Source: a virus (taxonomy: Duplodnaviria > Caudoviricetes). Taken from it: a stretch of DNA of 60,285 nucleotides. Below are positions 1-9,467 of this stretch, piece by piece. The position numbers were made by a program, and so were the translations under genes. How positions within the stretch are numbered: the first letter of the stretch is position 1; each line of letters begins with the position of its first letter. The notes beneath the pieces were generated by a model. That model saw only the letters and a list, made by a program, of their open reading frames with translations, was not told the DNA's origin and searched no databases. The stretch lies in the IMG/VR virus record IMGVR_UViG_3300033049_000023, positions 1-60,285 of that record. One strand, 5' to 3'.

Positions 1-239
1 CCTCACGGGATGCTAATGGCCGCACAAATGGCGGCTCATATGTTCTGCACTCTCTATAGATCAACACACTCATGCGGCGATATACAGGTTTACATTCTCG
101 GGAAGGGCTGGACAGTATTGGGATTGCAAAACACATACTGCCGGGCGTACCTACACTCGGGCGGTGACCATGACACCGAAATGAACACCCTCACAAAATT
201 GATCTTGACCGATCTGGAAAGTATGCTCTAAATGAAATG
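1..239. repeat. Terminal direct repeat (copy 1); circular assembly overlap
   Basis: 1-239 identical to 60047-60285. Confidence 0.95.
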
Positions 240-573
240 CTTTGTATGCTTCAACGAGTTCCTAGACCTTGCATCGGCGGGCGGCGTGCCGCAAGCGTTT
301 ACCTGTTGCGATGAGTGCCGCCGGGTGATGAAAACATTCGTGGCGGTGATCCCGTGCGAGCCCGCCGACAAAGAACAAACCGCGATGACACTTGAAGAAA
401 TGTCCGAGCGTCGGATTGTTGATATGGGGTACGCGTGGGCAAGCGGTGCCGACATTGCAAAGGTGTTTGGTGGAGGTCCGATTGATGACCCGGTTTACGC
501 TGGCATCCTCAGGAACCGCGTGGCCCTTGTGGACAAATCGAGTTATATCAAACTTACCGGGGGTACAGACTAA
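232..573 (+). CDS. hypothetical protein, CxxC...CxxC Zn-binding N-terminus
   Basis: ORF starts right after the upstream stop; CFVC and CDEC motifs. Confidence 0.7.
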   Translation: MKCFVCFNEFLDLASAGGVPQAFTCCDECRRVMKTFVAVIPCEPADKEQTAMTLEEMSERRIVDMGYAWASGADIAKVFGGGPIDDPVYAGILRNRVALVDKSSYIKLTGGTD

Positions 574-1169
574 TGTGGTTCGAGCAGCACAAACCAGAAC
601 GGTTCGAGGCGGCGAGGGATCGACTGACCGAGGACCGCGCCCGCGTTGATACGCTCATCGAGCAACTTCATATGGAACAGGGCGAGGCCCTTCGGCTTGC
701 GTATGAAGAAATCTTCGCGGTGACCCAGCAATGCGCCGGGCCCGCGCTGGTGTTTCGGATGCGGGACAACTCCGCGTTCATTATGGGTCCCGTACTCGAC
801 ACCCAGATTGCCATTGATACCTTCGAGGTGGCGTTGGACCAGTTCGCACCTCACGCGTTGGCGTTGGGGCAATACTCGGCAACGGTCGGTATTCGCACCA
901 GTGATGAGTATGAAGGAAACGACCCTGAGGATATGGATTTCTTGGCGGAAAAGATGGGGCTCCCCTCGGACTTCCCGTTGTTCACCTCTCGCGTGTGGGT
1001 AAACCTTCGCGGTCAGGTGTGGATTACCCACTTGATCCGCCCGCTTTACGATCCGGGTTGCAAGTTCAAGAGCGTTCGGGTATACACGGAACAAACCGGA
1101 ATCCCTCACGGGATGGAATCTCCCGTAGTTGGTTTTCCTAGCGTCTCGGGCTTGACAATCCTCAAATAA
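573..1169 (+). CDS. hypothetical protein
   Basis: 198 aa ORF coupled to the upstream gene by TAATG. Confidence 0.75.
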   Translation: MWFEQHKPERFEAARDRLTEDRARVDTLIEQLHMEQGEALRLAYEEIFAVTQQCAGPALVFRMRDNSAFIMGPVLDTQIAIDTFEVALDQFAPHALALGQYSATVGIRTSDEYEGNDPEDMDFLAEKMGLPSDFPLFTSRVWVNLRGQVWITHLIRPLYDPGCKFKSVRVYTEQTGIPHGMESPVVGFPSVSGLTILK

Positions 1170-1222
1170 GATGGAATGATGTATCAATCGTGTTTTCGGT
1201 TCGGAGAACAGGAGAAAAATAA

Positions 1223-1510
1223 ATGGCTAAGACAAACAAAAAAACCGATAGCATTACCGTTTCCGTAGTGGAGAAGGTTTACAAAGTCCACGGCAAAACT
1301 CTTGCTGCGGCGGTCAAAGAAACCGGGCTCACTCAGGCCGAGGTTGCAGAGCAAGCCGGGTACCGTGGTGCCTCGCGTATCTGCCACCTTTGCCGCGCCG
1401 AGTCCACCGAGGTTGCTGGTAAAAGTCTCGGACCAATCCTTACCGTTCTTCACAACAACGGCGTGACCATCAACGGTTTCGATTGGGTGCTTGCTGGATT
1501 GGCGGAATAA
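1223..1510 (+). CDS. XRE/Cro-like helix-turn-helix protein (candidate repressor)
   Basis: AGGAG RBS; LAAAVKETGLTQAEVAEQAGY HTH pattern. Confidence 0.7.
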   Translation: MAKTNKKTDSITVSVVEKVYKVHGKTLAAAVKETGLTQAEVAEQAGYRGASRICHLCRAESTEVAGKSLGPILTVLHNNGVTINGFDWVLAGLAE

Positions 1511-1749
1511 TGTACCAAATCCTCCAGTGGCACCCAATCTCCGTCGCCGCCTTTTTGGTGGCGTGTCTTTCAACTGTGATGTTCCTCTCGGTCGTGTTTT
1601 ATTTCATGGTAATCGAGAGGACCATCAACGAACTTATCAAGTTGGAAAAGGCGAAGCGTATCAGTGGCTTCCCCTTCCCTCTCAACTCGATTGATTTGAC
1701 TGGACTCACCTGTAAAGGAAACTGCGACTCATGCCAGAACAAAGCGTAA
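1510..1749 (+). CDS. small membrane protein
   Basis: TAATG coupling; hydrophobic ISVAAFLVACLSTVMFLSVVFYFMVI segment. Confidence 0.55.
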   Translation: MYQILQWHPISVAAFLVACLSTVMFLSVVFYFMVIERTINELIKLEKAKRISGFPFPLNSIDLTGLTCKGNCDSCQNKA

Positions 1750-2471
1750 ATCCGTGGGAACTGACGGTTCGCATTGTCCCTATCTCCGACCTCAAAGAGA
1801 TGGAAAACAATGCCCGCACGCATAGCCCGAGATCGATTGAAGCGATCAAGGACTCACTGGAGCGGAACGAACTTCGCAAGCCCGTGGTGGTGGCTTCGGA
1901 TGGGGTGACTGTGATTGCGGGCAATGGCACACTTGTTGCCGCCCGCCAACTCGGGTGGACTCATCTTTCCGTTGCGGACTCGCCGTTTGAGGCCGGGTCG
2001 AAAGAGGCCCGCGCCTACGCGTTGCAGGATAACCGGACTCAGGAACTTTCGATGTTCGACCGGGACATCCTTGAGGATACTTTGCGGGATTTGGATGATG
2101 GGGCTCTCGGGCTCGGGTGGGACACGGACGAACTATCCGCGTTGCTCCCCCCGCCATCACCGAACGCGGGCGCGGCGGCTCACTTCGGGCAACTCTCAGA
2201 AACTACACACACCATCATTCCCGATGGGGGCTCGGAGGGCTCACCGAGTTCCCCCGGGGGTGTTGGTCTCACGACAAACCCGGTGGTGAATCCATCGGAG
2301 GGGTACGCGACTTTGATCTTGACCGGTACCCAAGAGGAGGTCGCCAAGATGCGTGCGAAACTCAACATCCTCAAATCTCAATGGGGACTCGCGCAACTGG
2401 GGGAGACCGCGTTGCGGTTGCTGAACGAATATGATGCAGGGCCCGGGGCTACCGGGTCGGCTAGTGCTTGA
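1731..2471 (+). CDS. ParB/Srx-like N-terminal domain protein
   Basis: NNARTH..IEAIKDSL..PVVV..VIAGNGTLVAARQLG..AYALQDNR pattern typical of ParB-N domains next to phage DNA-modification genes. Confidence 0.8.
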   Translation: MPEQSVNPWELTVRIVPISDLKEMENNARTHSPRSIEAIKDSLERNELRKPVVVASDGVTVIAGNGTLVAARQLGWTHLSVADSPFEAGSKEARAYALQDNRTQELSMFDRDILEDTLRDLDDGALGLGWDTDELSALLPPPSPNAGAAAHFGQLSETTHTIIPDGGSEGSPSSPGGVGLTTNPVVNPSEGYATLILTGTQEEVAKMRAKLNILKSQWGLAQLGETALRLLNEYDAGPGATGSASA

Positions 2472-3298
2472 TGATGGAGAATGCAATGGAAAACTCAACC
2501 GATCTTCTTACTTGGCCCGACGCGTACCACGGCAAACTTTACAGTGACCCGGACCCCCGCTTCCCCTCGGACCTATACGGGTTTGAGAATGTGACCGAGG
2601 AGAGCAACAACAACGGGGAACCTTGCTCCATCCCAACCTTCGAGGCGGACGGCGTAGGCGGTGGCGTGTTCGGCTATGTGCATAGCGGGCGTGCCGTGGT
2701 GAATGGGCGGGTCGTTGTTGAGGGTCAATGGTTCACCACCGATGACGGGGCCTTCATTGCTCTCAAAGACCCGAACACTCGGATGTTCGCGGTACAACGC
2801 CGAGGATGGAAAGGGTGGAACACGGTTGGCGGTCCTATCGAAAACAAAGGTCGGCTCCGCTATATCGATGGATGCACCGACTCACTTCTTGCTTCACCGA
2901 TCCGGAAGGGCGATGCGTGCCTCAACCATCTCCACTTCCCGGGCGAGATTGACCAGACCCAGCACACCCACCCATCATTGCGATGCGGCATTGTCACCCG
3001 GGGCTCGGGTGAGTGCCGGATTCCAAGCGCGGACGGCAACGGGTACACACCCAAAGCCCTTTCGCCGGGGATGATCTTTGTGATTCCAACGGACGGCGTT
3101 CACGCGTTCTCCACCCTCGGCACCGAGGGTATGGATGTGATTCCGTATCACCCCGATTCAGACTTTGGGCCTGAGGATGAGCATCATCCGATGGTGAACC
3201 GCACGCTTGTGGAAGGTGCCAAACTCGACAACACACAAGGCCGTCACGCGGTCGCTGATCTGGAGAACTCAAGCCTTGGAACTCAAACCGGAAACTAA
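2468..3298 (+). CDS. cupin-domain protein
   Basis: QTQHTHPSLRCGIVTRGSG and GMIFVIPTDGVHAF cupin metal-binding motifs. Confidence 0.8.
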   Translation: MMMENAMENSTDLLTWPDAYHGKLYSDPDPRFPSDLYGFENVTEESNNNGEPCSIPTFEADGVGGGVFGYVHSGRAVVNGRVVVEGQWFTTDDGAFIALKDPNTRMFAVQRRGWKGWNTVGGPIENKGRLRYIDGCTDSLLASPIRKGDACLNHLHFPGEIDQTQHTHPSLRCGIVTRGSGECRIPSADGNGYTPKALSPGMIFVIPTDGVHAFSTLGTEGMDVIPYHPDSDFGPEDEHHPMVNRTLVEGAKLDNTQGRHAVADLENSSLGTQTGN

Positions 3299-3698
3299 AT
3301 ACCTCGTTGAGATTACTTCCTCACTCGGCGCAAGCATCAATGTTTGTATGCCGGGGCGGGAAGTTACAGCCCTATTGGAAACAAGGTTGAACTCCCCCAA
3401 CTCGGGTGTCTACCAACTCAGCGGCGAAGCACTTGTAGCCGACCAAGAGGGCAACGCGGCGTTTGAGCCGAGGTACTTCTGTGTCACGGTAGACAAAATC
3501 TTTTCGGTTGCGGTCGCCGAACTTCCCGTTCAGGTGGCGACTACCCCGGCGATGGCTCAACCGGCGGCAACTGCGGACGCGACCGGGGCTCACTCGTTTG
3601 TGTGGAACGGGAAAGAGGATGTGTGCCGCAAGTGCGGCCTTACGCTCACGAAAGAGCAACGCACGGCGTGCGCTTTCAATACCGAATGCGAGGGATAA
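3276..3698 (+). CDS. hypothetical protein with C-terminal His/Cys Zn-finger-like motif
   Basis: TTG start with GGAGA RBS (my start choice); H..CRKC..C..C tail. Confidence 0.6.
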   Translation: MELKPETKYLVEITSSLGASINVCMPGREVTALLETRLNSPNSGVYQLSGEALVADQEGNAAFEPRYFCVTVDKIFSVAVAELPVQVATTPAMAQPAATADATGAHSFVWNGKEDVCRKCGLTLTKEQRTACAFNTECEG

Positions 3699-3699
3699 A

Positions 3700-5562
3700 A
3701 TGCGGACTGAAATCTTTGCGGACTCAAAGCGGATGGTGGAAACCATCACCAAATCATTCTTGCAGCGCACCCAACTCTCATTGGTGGGTCCCTCGGCTAT
3801 CTCGATCTATGAGGACGCGATGCGGCTTGCCCCGCCTACGAACTGGGGAGTGGCGGCGTTCTCCTCGGGATCAACCGGTAGACCAAAGCCGATCTTCCAT
3901 ACTTGGGACTGTATCGAAATCAACTCGGCGTGGGTCGGTGTGCAAATCGGGTTTACCAATCACAAGCACATTCACGCGACGATGCTTTCACCGATCCATT
4001 GCAACGCGGCGTTCCTCTCGGTCGTCGGTACCACGATGTTTGGTATCAAACTTCGGTTGCGGGGTAGGACACAATCGATTCAAGATTTTATGTGCATGAT
4101 CGGGGATGCAACATCGTTGTCCCTCTCGCCGATGAATCTCCGAGAAATGATCCGGCACCGGGTGGAACTTCCCGAGTCATTGAAAACCATCGTGTGCGCC
4201 TCGGCCCCGCTCACGCAAGAACTTTGCAAACGGGCGGCACTTCTCTGGGGTCACCGAGCATCGATCATCCGGCAGGGGTACGGGCTTACCGAGTTGGTCA
4301 ACTTCTCATTCCTCATGCCGGACCTCTCTGAAAAGCACTCTGAATGGTTCCGGCTCTACTGTGAGAATGAAACCCCGCCGGTGGGTAAAGCCCTCGGGGA
4401 TACTGAAATCAAGTTTGACACCGATGGAAGTATCTCACTCAAATCCCTCGCGTGTGGTGTCCCTGAGTGGCACAAGACGGGCGATGTGGGATGGGTGGAC
4501 GATGACGGCTATTTGGTATTGACGGGCCGCAAACAGGACACCATCAACCGTGGTGGGGTGAGTGTGTTCCCGGGGGCTCTGGAGAAGCACTTCCCAGACG
4601 CGACCGCGTTCGCCGTGCATTCTGATGTACTGGGCGAGGATTTCGGTGTGTACACCTCAGGCAATACCCCTACTTGTGATTCGCAGTTCTGCGCGGCCAT
4701 CACCGAGCCCCTTCCCACTACGGTAACCGGTAAGCCGATGCGGTCGCGGATGCGGGATTTGCTCCCCGCCGTTCCTGAGATTGATTACGACCGGATGCTT
4801 GCTTCGCTCCAGCATGAATCCAGCCGTGCGGCGGGGTTCGATCAAAACTTGATCCGAAACAAAACCCCGCGTGTGGCGTATGCCCTTACTCAGTTGACCC
4901 GCGTTCCGGTGTTGGCACCCAAATATGGATTCTCAGGTTATCACGCGGTACGCCGTGCGGCGGAATGGATCATGGACAACATCCACGACCTCCCCGCCCA
5001 GTACCCGAAAGATATTTGGGAAGCGTTGATGTGCGAAGAACCGATGGGAATCTATGGCGAGTTCATGGCCCGGTTCATCGCCACCCGACCATCGAACCGA
5101 ATCTTGGAGTTCGGTGCGGGGATGGGCAACACCACCCGCAAGGTTCTGGAGAACTTCGGCGGTGAGCATTACAGCGCAACCGACCTCCTCTCACGAAGTA
5201 ATCCGTGGGATATTTCAGTGGGCCCGTTCGGCTCGGGCGACTTCGATGTTTGCTTCGGCACCAATGTACTCCATGCGGTGCCCGAAACGAAACGGCTTGA
5301 CGCGGTAAAGAATCTCATTGCATCGGTGCGCCCCGGCGGCGTGGTTGCGATCTCTGAGGGTTCGCCGACCATCGACGGGGAGCCGTGGCCGATGAACGGG
5401 CTGTTCCCTATCGATGGATGGTGGGATGTTGGCGGGTTTGAGTCCCGGGATTACTGGGTCGCGTTGTTTGAGACGGCGGGGCTGAAACAGATTTGCACCA
5501 TGCGGCTCGGCTCACAACGACACGACCACGGCGGTCTTGTGTGGGGGTCGCGTGATGGGTGA
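3700..5562 (+). CDS. AMP-binding (ANL adenylate-forming) ligase fused to C-terminal SAM-dependent methyltransferase
   Basis: SSGSTGRPK, GYGLTE, TGDVG, GRKQDTINRGG and LPTTVTGK adenylation motifs; ILEFGAGMGNTT, FDVCFGTNVLH and RPGG methyltransferase motifs. Confidence 0.9.
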   Translation: MRTEIFADSKRMVETITKSFLQRTQLSLVGPSAISIYEDAMRLAPPTNWGVAAFSSGSTGRPKPIFHTWDCIEINSAWVGVQIGFTNHKHIHATMLSPIHCNAAFLSVVGTTMFGIKLRLRGRTQSIQDFMCMIGDATSLSLSPMNLREMIRHRVELPESLKTIVCASAPLTQELCKRAALLWGHRASIIRQGYGLTELVNFSFLMPDLSEKHSEWFRLYCENETPPVGKALGDTEIKFDTDGSISLKSLACGVPEWHKTGDVGWVDDDGYLVLTGRKQDTINRGGVSVFPGALEKHFPDATAFAVHSDVLGEDFGVYTSGNTPTCDSQFCAAITEPLPTTVTGKPMRSRMRDLLPAVPEIDYDRMLASLQHESSRAAGFDQNLIRNKTPRVAYALTQLTRVPVLAPKYGFSGYHAVRRAAEWIMDNIHDLPAQYPKDIWEALMCEEPMGIYGEFMARFIATRPSNRILEFGAGMGNTTRKVLENFGGEHYSATDLLSRSNPWDISVGPFGSGDFDVCFGTNVLHAVPETKRLDAVKNLIASVRPGGVVAISEGSPTIDGEPWPMNGLFPIDGWWDVGGFESRDYWVALFETAGLKQICTMRLGSQRHDHGGLVWGSRDG

Positions 5563-5908
5563 TCTATATCAAGCGAAGAAATCTTCCGAAATCCAAATCG
5601 ACGCGGATCAGGTTTATGATTTTCACTATGAGTATGACCCAAACCCGGAGCATACAACGGCGGCGAAGTTTCTCCCTTCTGATTCGGTCTCGGGCATTTA
5701 CCTTCTATCGCTCATCAACCGATGGCTTGTGGAGTCCGAGGAGTTCAAGTTCCGTTGCGGCACGAATCTAAATGTGAAGTTCCTCAGACCGATCTTGATC
5801 CACGAAAAGTTGTCCCTCACTGGATACCAACTCGGGGGTAAGATTGATGTAGTGGTGTACGGGCCCGATGGCGTGCAGCGGATGAAGTATCAACTGGAGA
5901 CGGTGTAA
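5555..5908 (+). CDS. MaoC-like hot-dog fold dehydratase
   Basis: F...DPNPEH (DxNPxH), SGIYLLSL, VKFLRPI motifs. Confidence 0.7.
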   Translation: MGDLYQAKKSSEIQIDADQVYDFHYEYDPNPEHTTAAKFLPSDSVSGIYLLSLINRWLVESEEFKFRCGTNLNVKFLRPILIHEKLSLTGYQLGGKIDVVVYGPDGVQRMKYQLETV

Positions 5909-7137
5909 TGGCGAAACGATCAATCTAGGGCGAGCGACAAAACCTTGAAACCTCGGTTTACGAGGAGGCGAAGCGGCGGATTGGGTATTGCATGGATTCG
6001 TCCGATACCATCGTCGTCGGATTTTCCGGCGGCAAGGATTCGACGGCTCTTCTCAATGTGACTCTTGATGTTGCCGAGGAGCGGAACTACGGCCCGGTGA
6101 AGGCAATCTTTTTCGATGAAGAATGTATGCACCCGGAAACGATTGAATATGTTCAGCGGGTTCGGGAGGACCCGCGCGTGGACCTCACTTGGTCATGTAT
6201 CCCGATCAAGAGCCGCAACGCATCGTCCCGGCTCCATCCGTACTATCTGACCTTTGATCCAGACCCCGCCATCGTGCCGCTCTGGGCCCGTCAACCGCCC
6301 GAGGGGGCGTTCACCTCCGAAACCCACCCGACTGTCCCCCAACTCACCCCAATGGACCAGATGGGGCACCTGTTCCCCGTGAGCGAATGCGGCTCGGTGT
6401 GTCATATGCTCGGGCGCAGGTGTCAGGAATCGGTCACCCGGTGGCGGATGATCTCCAACCGGGGCGGCAAGGACGCGTTCATCAGTAAATCACATATGTC
6501 CCGGTGGAAGCACATTCGCGTTGCCGATCCGATTTACGATTGGCGGACTCAGGATGTTTGGGTTGCCCCGCACCTCTACGGGTGGGACTACAACCGGACC
6601 TATGACATTTACGCCCGGATGGGTGTGCCGCTTCATGCTCAACGGGTGGCCCCGGCGTATGCCGAGGAGTCGAAGTTGCTTTGGGCTTACGCGATTGGCT
6701 GGCCCGATCTCTGGGACAAAATCCAAATGCGGGTTCCCGGCGCGGCGTGCTTTGCCCGGTACAACAAAACCAAACTCTACCGGGGCGGGCTGGCGGGAAG
6801 TTGCGAGCCGTCCGAGGGTGAGTCGTGGCAAGATTATGTCCAACGGCTCCTCATGCTCTGGGGACCGGACACCCGGAAACAGGTGGCGGCAAACATCGTG
6901 CAACTCATCAACCGGCACGACCGGCGGTGTATGCAAGAGCAAGGGTTCGTCGATGGGATTCCAGAAATGGAACGGCACATTCTCTCGGGGGTGTCGTGGA
7001 AGATTCTTGCAAAGGTCGCGTTCCAAGGGATGCTCAAAGGGCGGACACTGAGCCAACTTATGCAGTACCGAGGGAAGATTGAAAAAGTAGAAATCACCAC
7101 CAACGAAAGTGAGGGCTCCGATGCCAACGGCGAGTAA
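5908..7137 (+). CDS. ibrA: IbrA/YbdN-like PAPS-reductase family PP-loop protein (in-frame TAG at 5926-5928; uninterrupted ORF from 5992)
   Basis: FSGGKDS PP-loop, FFDEE, GRRCQESVTR, PIYDWRTQDVW, YNRTYD, QRVAP, WPDLWDKI..RVPG. Confidence 0.85.
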
Positions 7138-7678
7138 GTTTATGGGTACCGAGGCCCAACCAATCTCGATTGTAAAGTGGGTTGATCGCGGTGACCTCAT
7201 CGCAAACGATTACAACCCAAACCATATGGCACCGATGGAATCGAAACTCCTCAAAGTTTCGCTCCTCGAAAACGGTTGGACCCAACCGATTGTCGTGATG
7301 AATGATTGGCGGACGATCATCGACGGATTCCATCGGTGGAACTTGTCGGAGGATACTGAAATCTTTGCGATGACCGGCGGGCTTGTGCCCGTGGTGATGG
7401 CGGACATTTCCGAGGCGCAGCGAATCGCGGCAACGGTCCGGCACAACCGAGCGCGTGGGCAACACGCAATCGATCCGATGGGTGACATCACCCACAAACT
7501 TCGGGCGGTCGGCATGACCGACGACGAAATCAAAACGAATCTTGGGATGCAAGCGGAAGAAGTGATCCGCCTTGCCGAAGTTCGGGGCTCACCTCAGCGG
7601 GTCACCGACGACGAACAGCAGGAACTTGGGGCCGCTTGGAACCCCGGCGAGTACAATCCGCACGCGCCCGGCGAATAA
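7121..7678 (+). CDS. ibrB: IbrB/YbdM-like ParB/Srx domain protein
   Basis: ANDYNPN, LLKVSLLENGWTQPIV, IIDGFHR, ATVRHNRARG, LGMQAEEV.RL. Confidence 0.9.
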   Translation: MPTASKFMGTEAQPISIVKWVDRGDLIANDYNPNHMAPMESKLLKVSLLENGWTQPIVVMNDWRTIIDGFHRWNLSEDTEIFAMTGGLVPVVMADISEAQRIAATVRHNRARGQHAIDPMGDITHKLRAVGMTDDEIKTNLGMQAEEVIRLAEVRGSPQRVTDDEQQELGAAWNPGEYNPHAPGE

Positions 7679-7704
7679 ATCTCAATCTAAATACAGCCCT
7701 CACG

Positions 7705-7736
7705 ACCCGCAAGCATCGATCTTGCGGGTTTTTTTT
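7705..7736 (+). terminator. Rho-independent terminator closing the ibr/ligase operon
   Basis: ACCCGCAAG-loop-CTTGCGGGT followed by T-run. Confidence 0.85.
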
Positions 7737-7754
7737 GTAAATAGGTCCTGTTTA

Positions 7755-7815
7755 TTGATTGACACATCAATAAACACCCGATACACTTACAGTGCCGAGG
7801 GATTGTCCTCGGCAC
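7755..7815 (+). promoter_or_regulatory. sigma70-type promoter with operator and 5' hairpin (repeat copy A)
   Basis: TTGACA(7759)-17-TACACT(7782); ATTGACACATCAAT; hairpin GTGCCGAGG-GATTGT-CCTCGGCAC. Confidence 0.8.
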
Positions 7816-7831
7816 GCATGAGGATGCAGCC

Positions 7832-8746
7832 ATGACTATTACAGCAAACGATCTGACCTTCGGCATTGAAATCGAGACCCATGTTTCCCGTGAGAGCAAT
7901 CACCGGCCATCCGGTTACCGCCGCACGAACGACTACGCCACCCGCTTACCTAAGTTCGGGAACGGTTCATGGATGATGACCACCGATGTTACCATTGCGT
8001 GCCCATCGGGCCGGACCGATTGTGAGTTCGTATCACCGATCCTAAAGGGTGCCGATGGCTTGCGGAATGTGATGACCGCCGTGCAAAAGATGCGTGAGGA
8101 AACCCCGGACGGTTGCGGTGCCAAAGTAAACTACTCATGCGGCATCCATGTTCATGTTCAGTTCCCCACCAATGACCTCAAAGCCCTCCGCCGTCTGGTT
8201 CACCTAGTCGCCGCGTTTGAGGGTGGGTTGTACGCCGCGAGCGGAACCAAATCACGCGAGCAAAGTCGCTGGTGCCGGTCGATCAAAGAGACCCACAAAG
8301 GAATCAACGGGAATAAATCGAATCTCCGCGAGGTCATAAACGACAGCGGCGTAAGTCTCAATCATCGCTATGTTTCCTTGAACCTCGTCCCCTTCATCGC
8401 GGGCACTCGCCCCACGGTTGAGTTCCGGTGCTTCTCCGGTTCACTAAACGAAACCAAGATCGCCGGGTATGTCCAAATGTGCATCGGCATGGTTGAGATG
8501 GCGTTGTCGATGAAGTCGGTTGCCCATTGGGATTCCGGCCTTGCCGGTCCTACCTACGGGAAAGACGCTGGACCGGGTGAGCGTGAGTTCAACCGATTGA
8601 TGAAGCGTCTCGGGTGGTCCGGCCTGATGAATAAAAGATCAACAGCCGACCGGGGAATCTTGACCGACGAAACCGGGGACCTCCCCACCAAACGCCGGAT
8701 GCTAAACAAAATGCGTGCGATGGCTCGGAAGTACGATGCCGCATAA
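7832..8746 (+). CDS. putative amidoligase (COOH-NH2 ligase, glutamine-synthetase-like fold)
   Basis: TFGIEIE, D.TI, EFVSPIL, SCGIHVH, RYVSLN, TVEFR motifs. Confidence 0.85.
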   Translation: MTITANDLTFGIEIETHVSRESNHRPSGYRRTNDYATRLPKFGNGSWMMTTDVTIACPSGRTDCEFVSPILKGADGLRNVMTAVQKMREETPDGCGAKVNYSCGIHVHVQFPTNDLKALRRLVHLVAAFEGGLYAASGTKSREQSRWCRSIKETHKGINGNKSNLREVINDSGVSLNHRYVSLNLVPFIAGTRPTVEFRCFSGSLNETKIAGYVQMCIGMVEMALSMKSVAHWDSGLAGPTYGKDAGPGEREFNRLMKRLGWSGLMNKRSTADRGILTDETGDLPTKRRMLNKMRAMARKYDAA

Positions 8747-8826
8747 ATGAAATCCTCATGCCGGGGGCTCGGCGGGAACGCCGGGTTGCCCGATTCTGTT
8801 TCACTCACCTCAGTTGGAGAATAAAA

Positions 8827-9390
8827 ATGTCATACTCACTTGTATTTGTTTATGGAACTTTGATGTCCGGTCACCAAAACGCCCGCCTACTTCACGGCGC
8901 AATGCTTGTCGGTTCGGGCCGGACTGAGAGCAAACTATTCGTTATGCGGGACTCGGGTTTCCCCATCGTTTCCCATGCGACCGCCGAGGACCCCGAGGAT
9001 GCCCGAGGAGCCGTAATAGGCGAGGTGTACCGCGTACCGGATCAAGCTATGCTGGCACGCTTAGACAGTCTGGAGGGGCACCCCACTTGGTACCGCCGTG
9101 AGAATATCACGGTGGCCCTCGATACCGCCGAGGGTGAACCGTCGATTCTCGTTGCTGAAATGTACATCATGCCGAGGGAAATGGCGGACGGTCGGGAGTT
9201 CATCAAAGATTTGGATTATGCGACGCACGAATCAAAGCGTCGGAAGTACCACGCCGCCTATCAACCCATGACCGATGATGAGATTGAGGACGCGGATGAA
9301 GGGTACGCATATTTTTCTGATGCGGCTACTCAGGATGCGGAGGACGATTTGCGGTGGCGGAATGAGGTCGGATTGCCCGATGATGATTGA
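8827..9390 (+). CDS. gamma-glutamylcyclotransferase (AIG2-like)
   Basis: VFVYGTL, GEVYRV, LDSLEGHP.WYRR; GGAG RBS. Confidence 0.9.
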   Translation: MSYSLVFVYGTLMSGHQNARLLHGAMLVGSGRTESKLFVMRDSGFPIVSHATAEDPEDARGAVIGEVYRVPDQAMLARLDSLEGHPTWYRRENITVALDTAEGEPSILVAEMYIMPREMADGREFIKDLDYATHESKRRKYHAAYQPMTDDEIEDADEGYAYFSDAATQDAEDDLRWRNEVGLPDDD

Positions 9391-9396
9391 GCCGAC

Positions 9397-9425
9397 TTGA
9401 CATACCGATCAATATCTTGTATAAT
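9397..9425 (+). promoter_or_regulatory. consensus sigma70 promoter
   Basis: TTGACA-17-TATAAT. Confidence 0.85.
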
Positions 9426-9467
9426 GTGATAGATGTGTAAATAAACTACTCACTTAGGAGACTAAAA

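Noticed and set aside
1-239. Terminal repeat as a biological direct terminal repeat
   Set aside because: It begins mid-gene and is most simply a circular-assembly overlap; true termini cannot be inferred from it
1731-2471. Plasmid-prophage partition system (ParABS)
   Set aside because: No ParA ATPase seen; both ParB-like genes lie within the modification-like operon
5926-5928. Genome-wide TAG recoding or pyrrolysine system
   Set aside because: Several genes end properly in TAG (e.g. 11242, 45546, 52888, 59873); no suppressor tRNA or pyl genes seen
5992-7137. Sulfate-assimilation cysH auxiliary metabolic gene
   Set aside because: The C-terminal extension and adjacent IbrB identify it as IbrA-type; no other cys genes present
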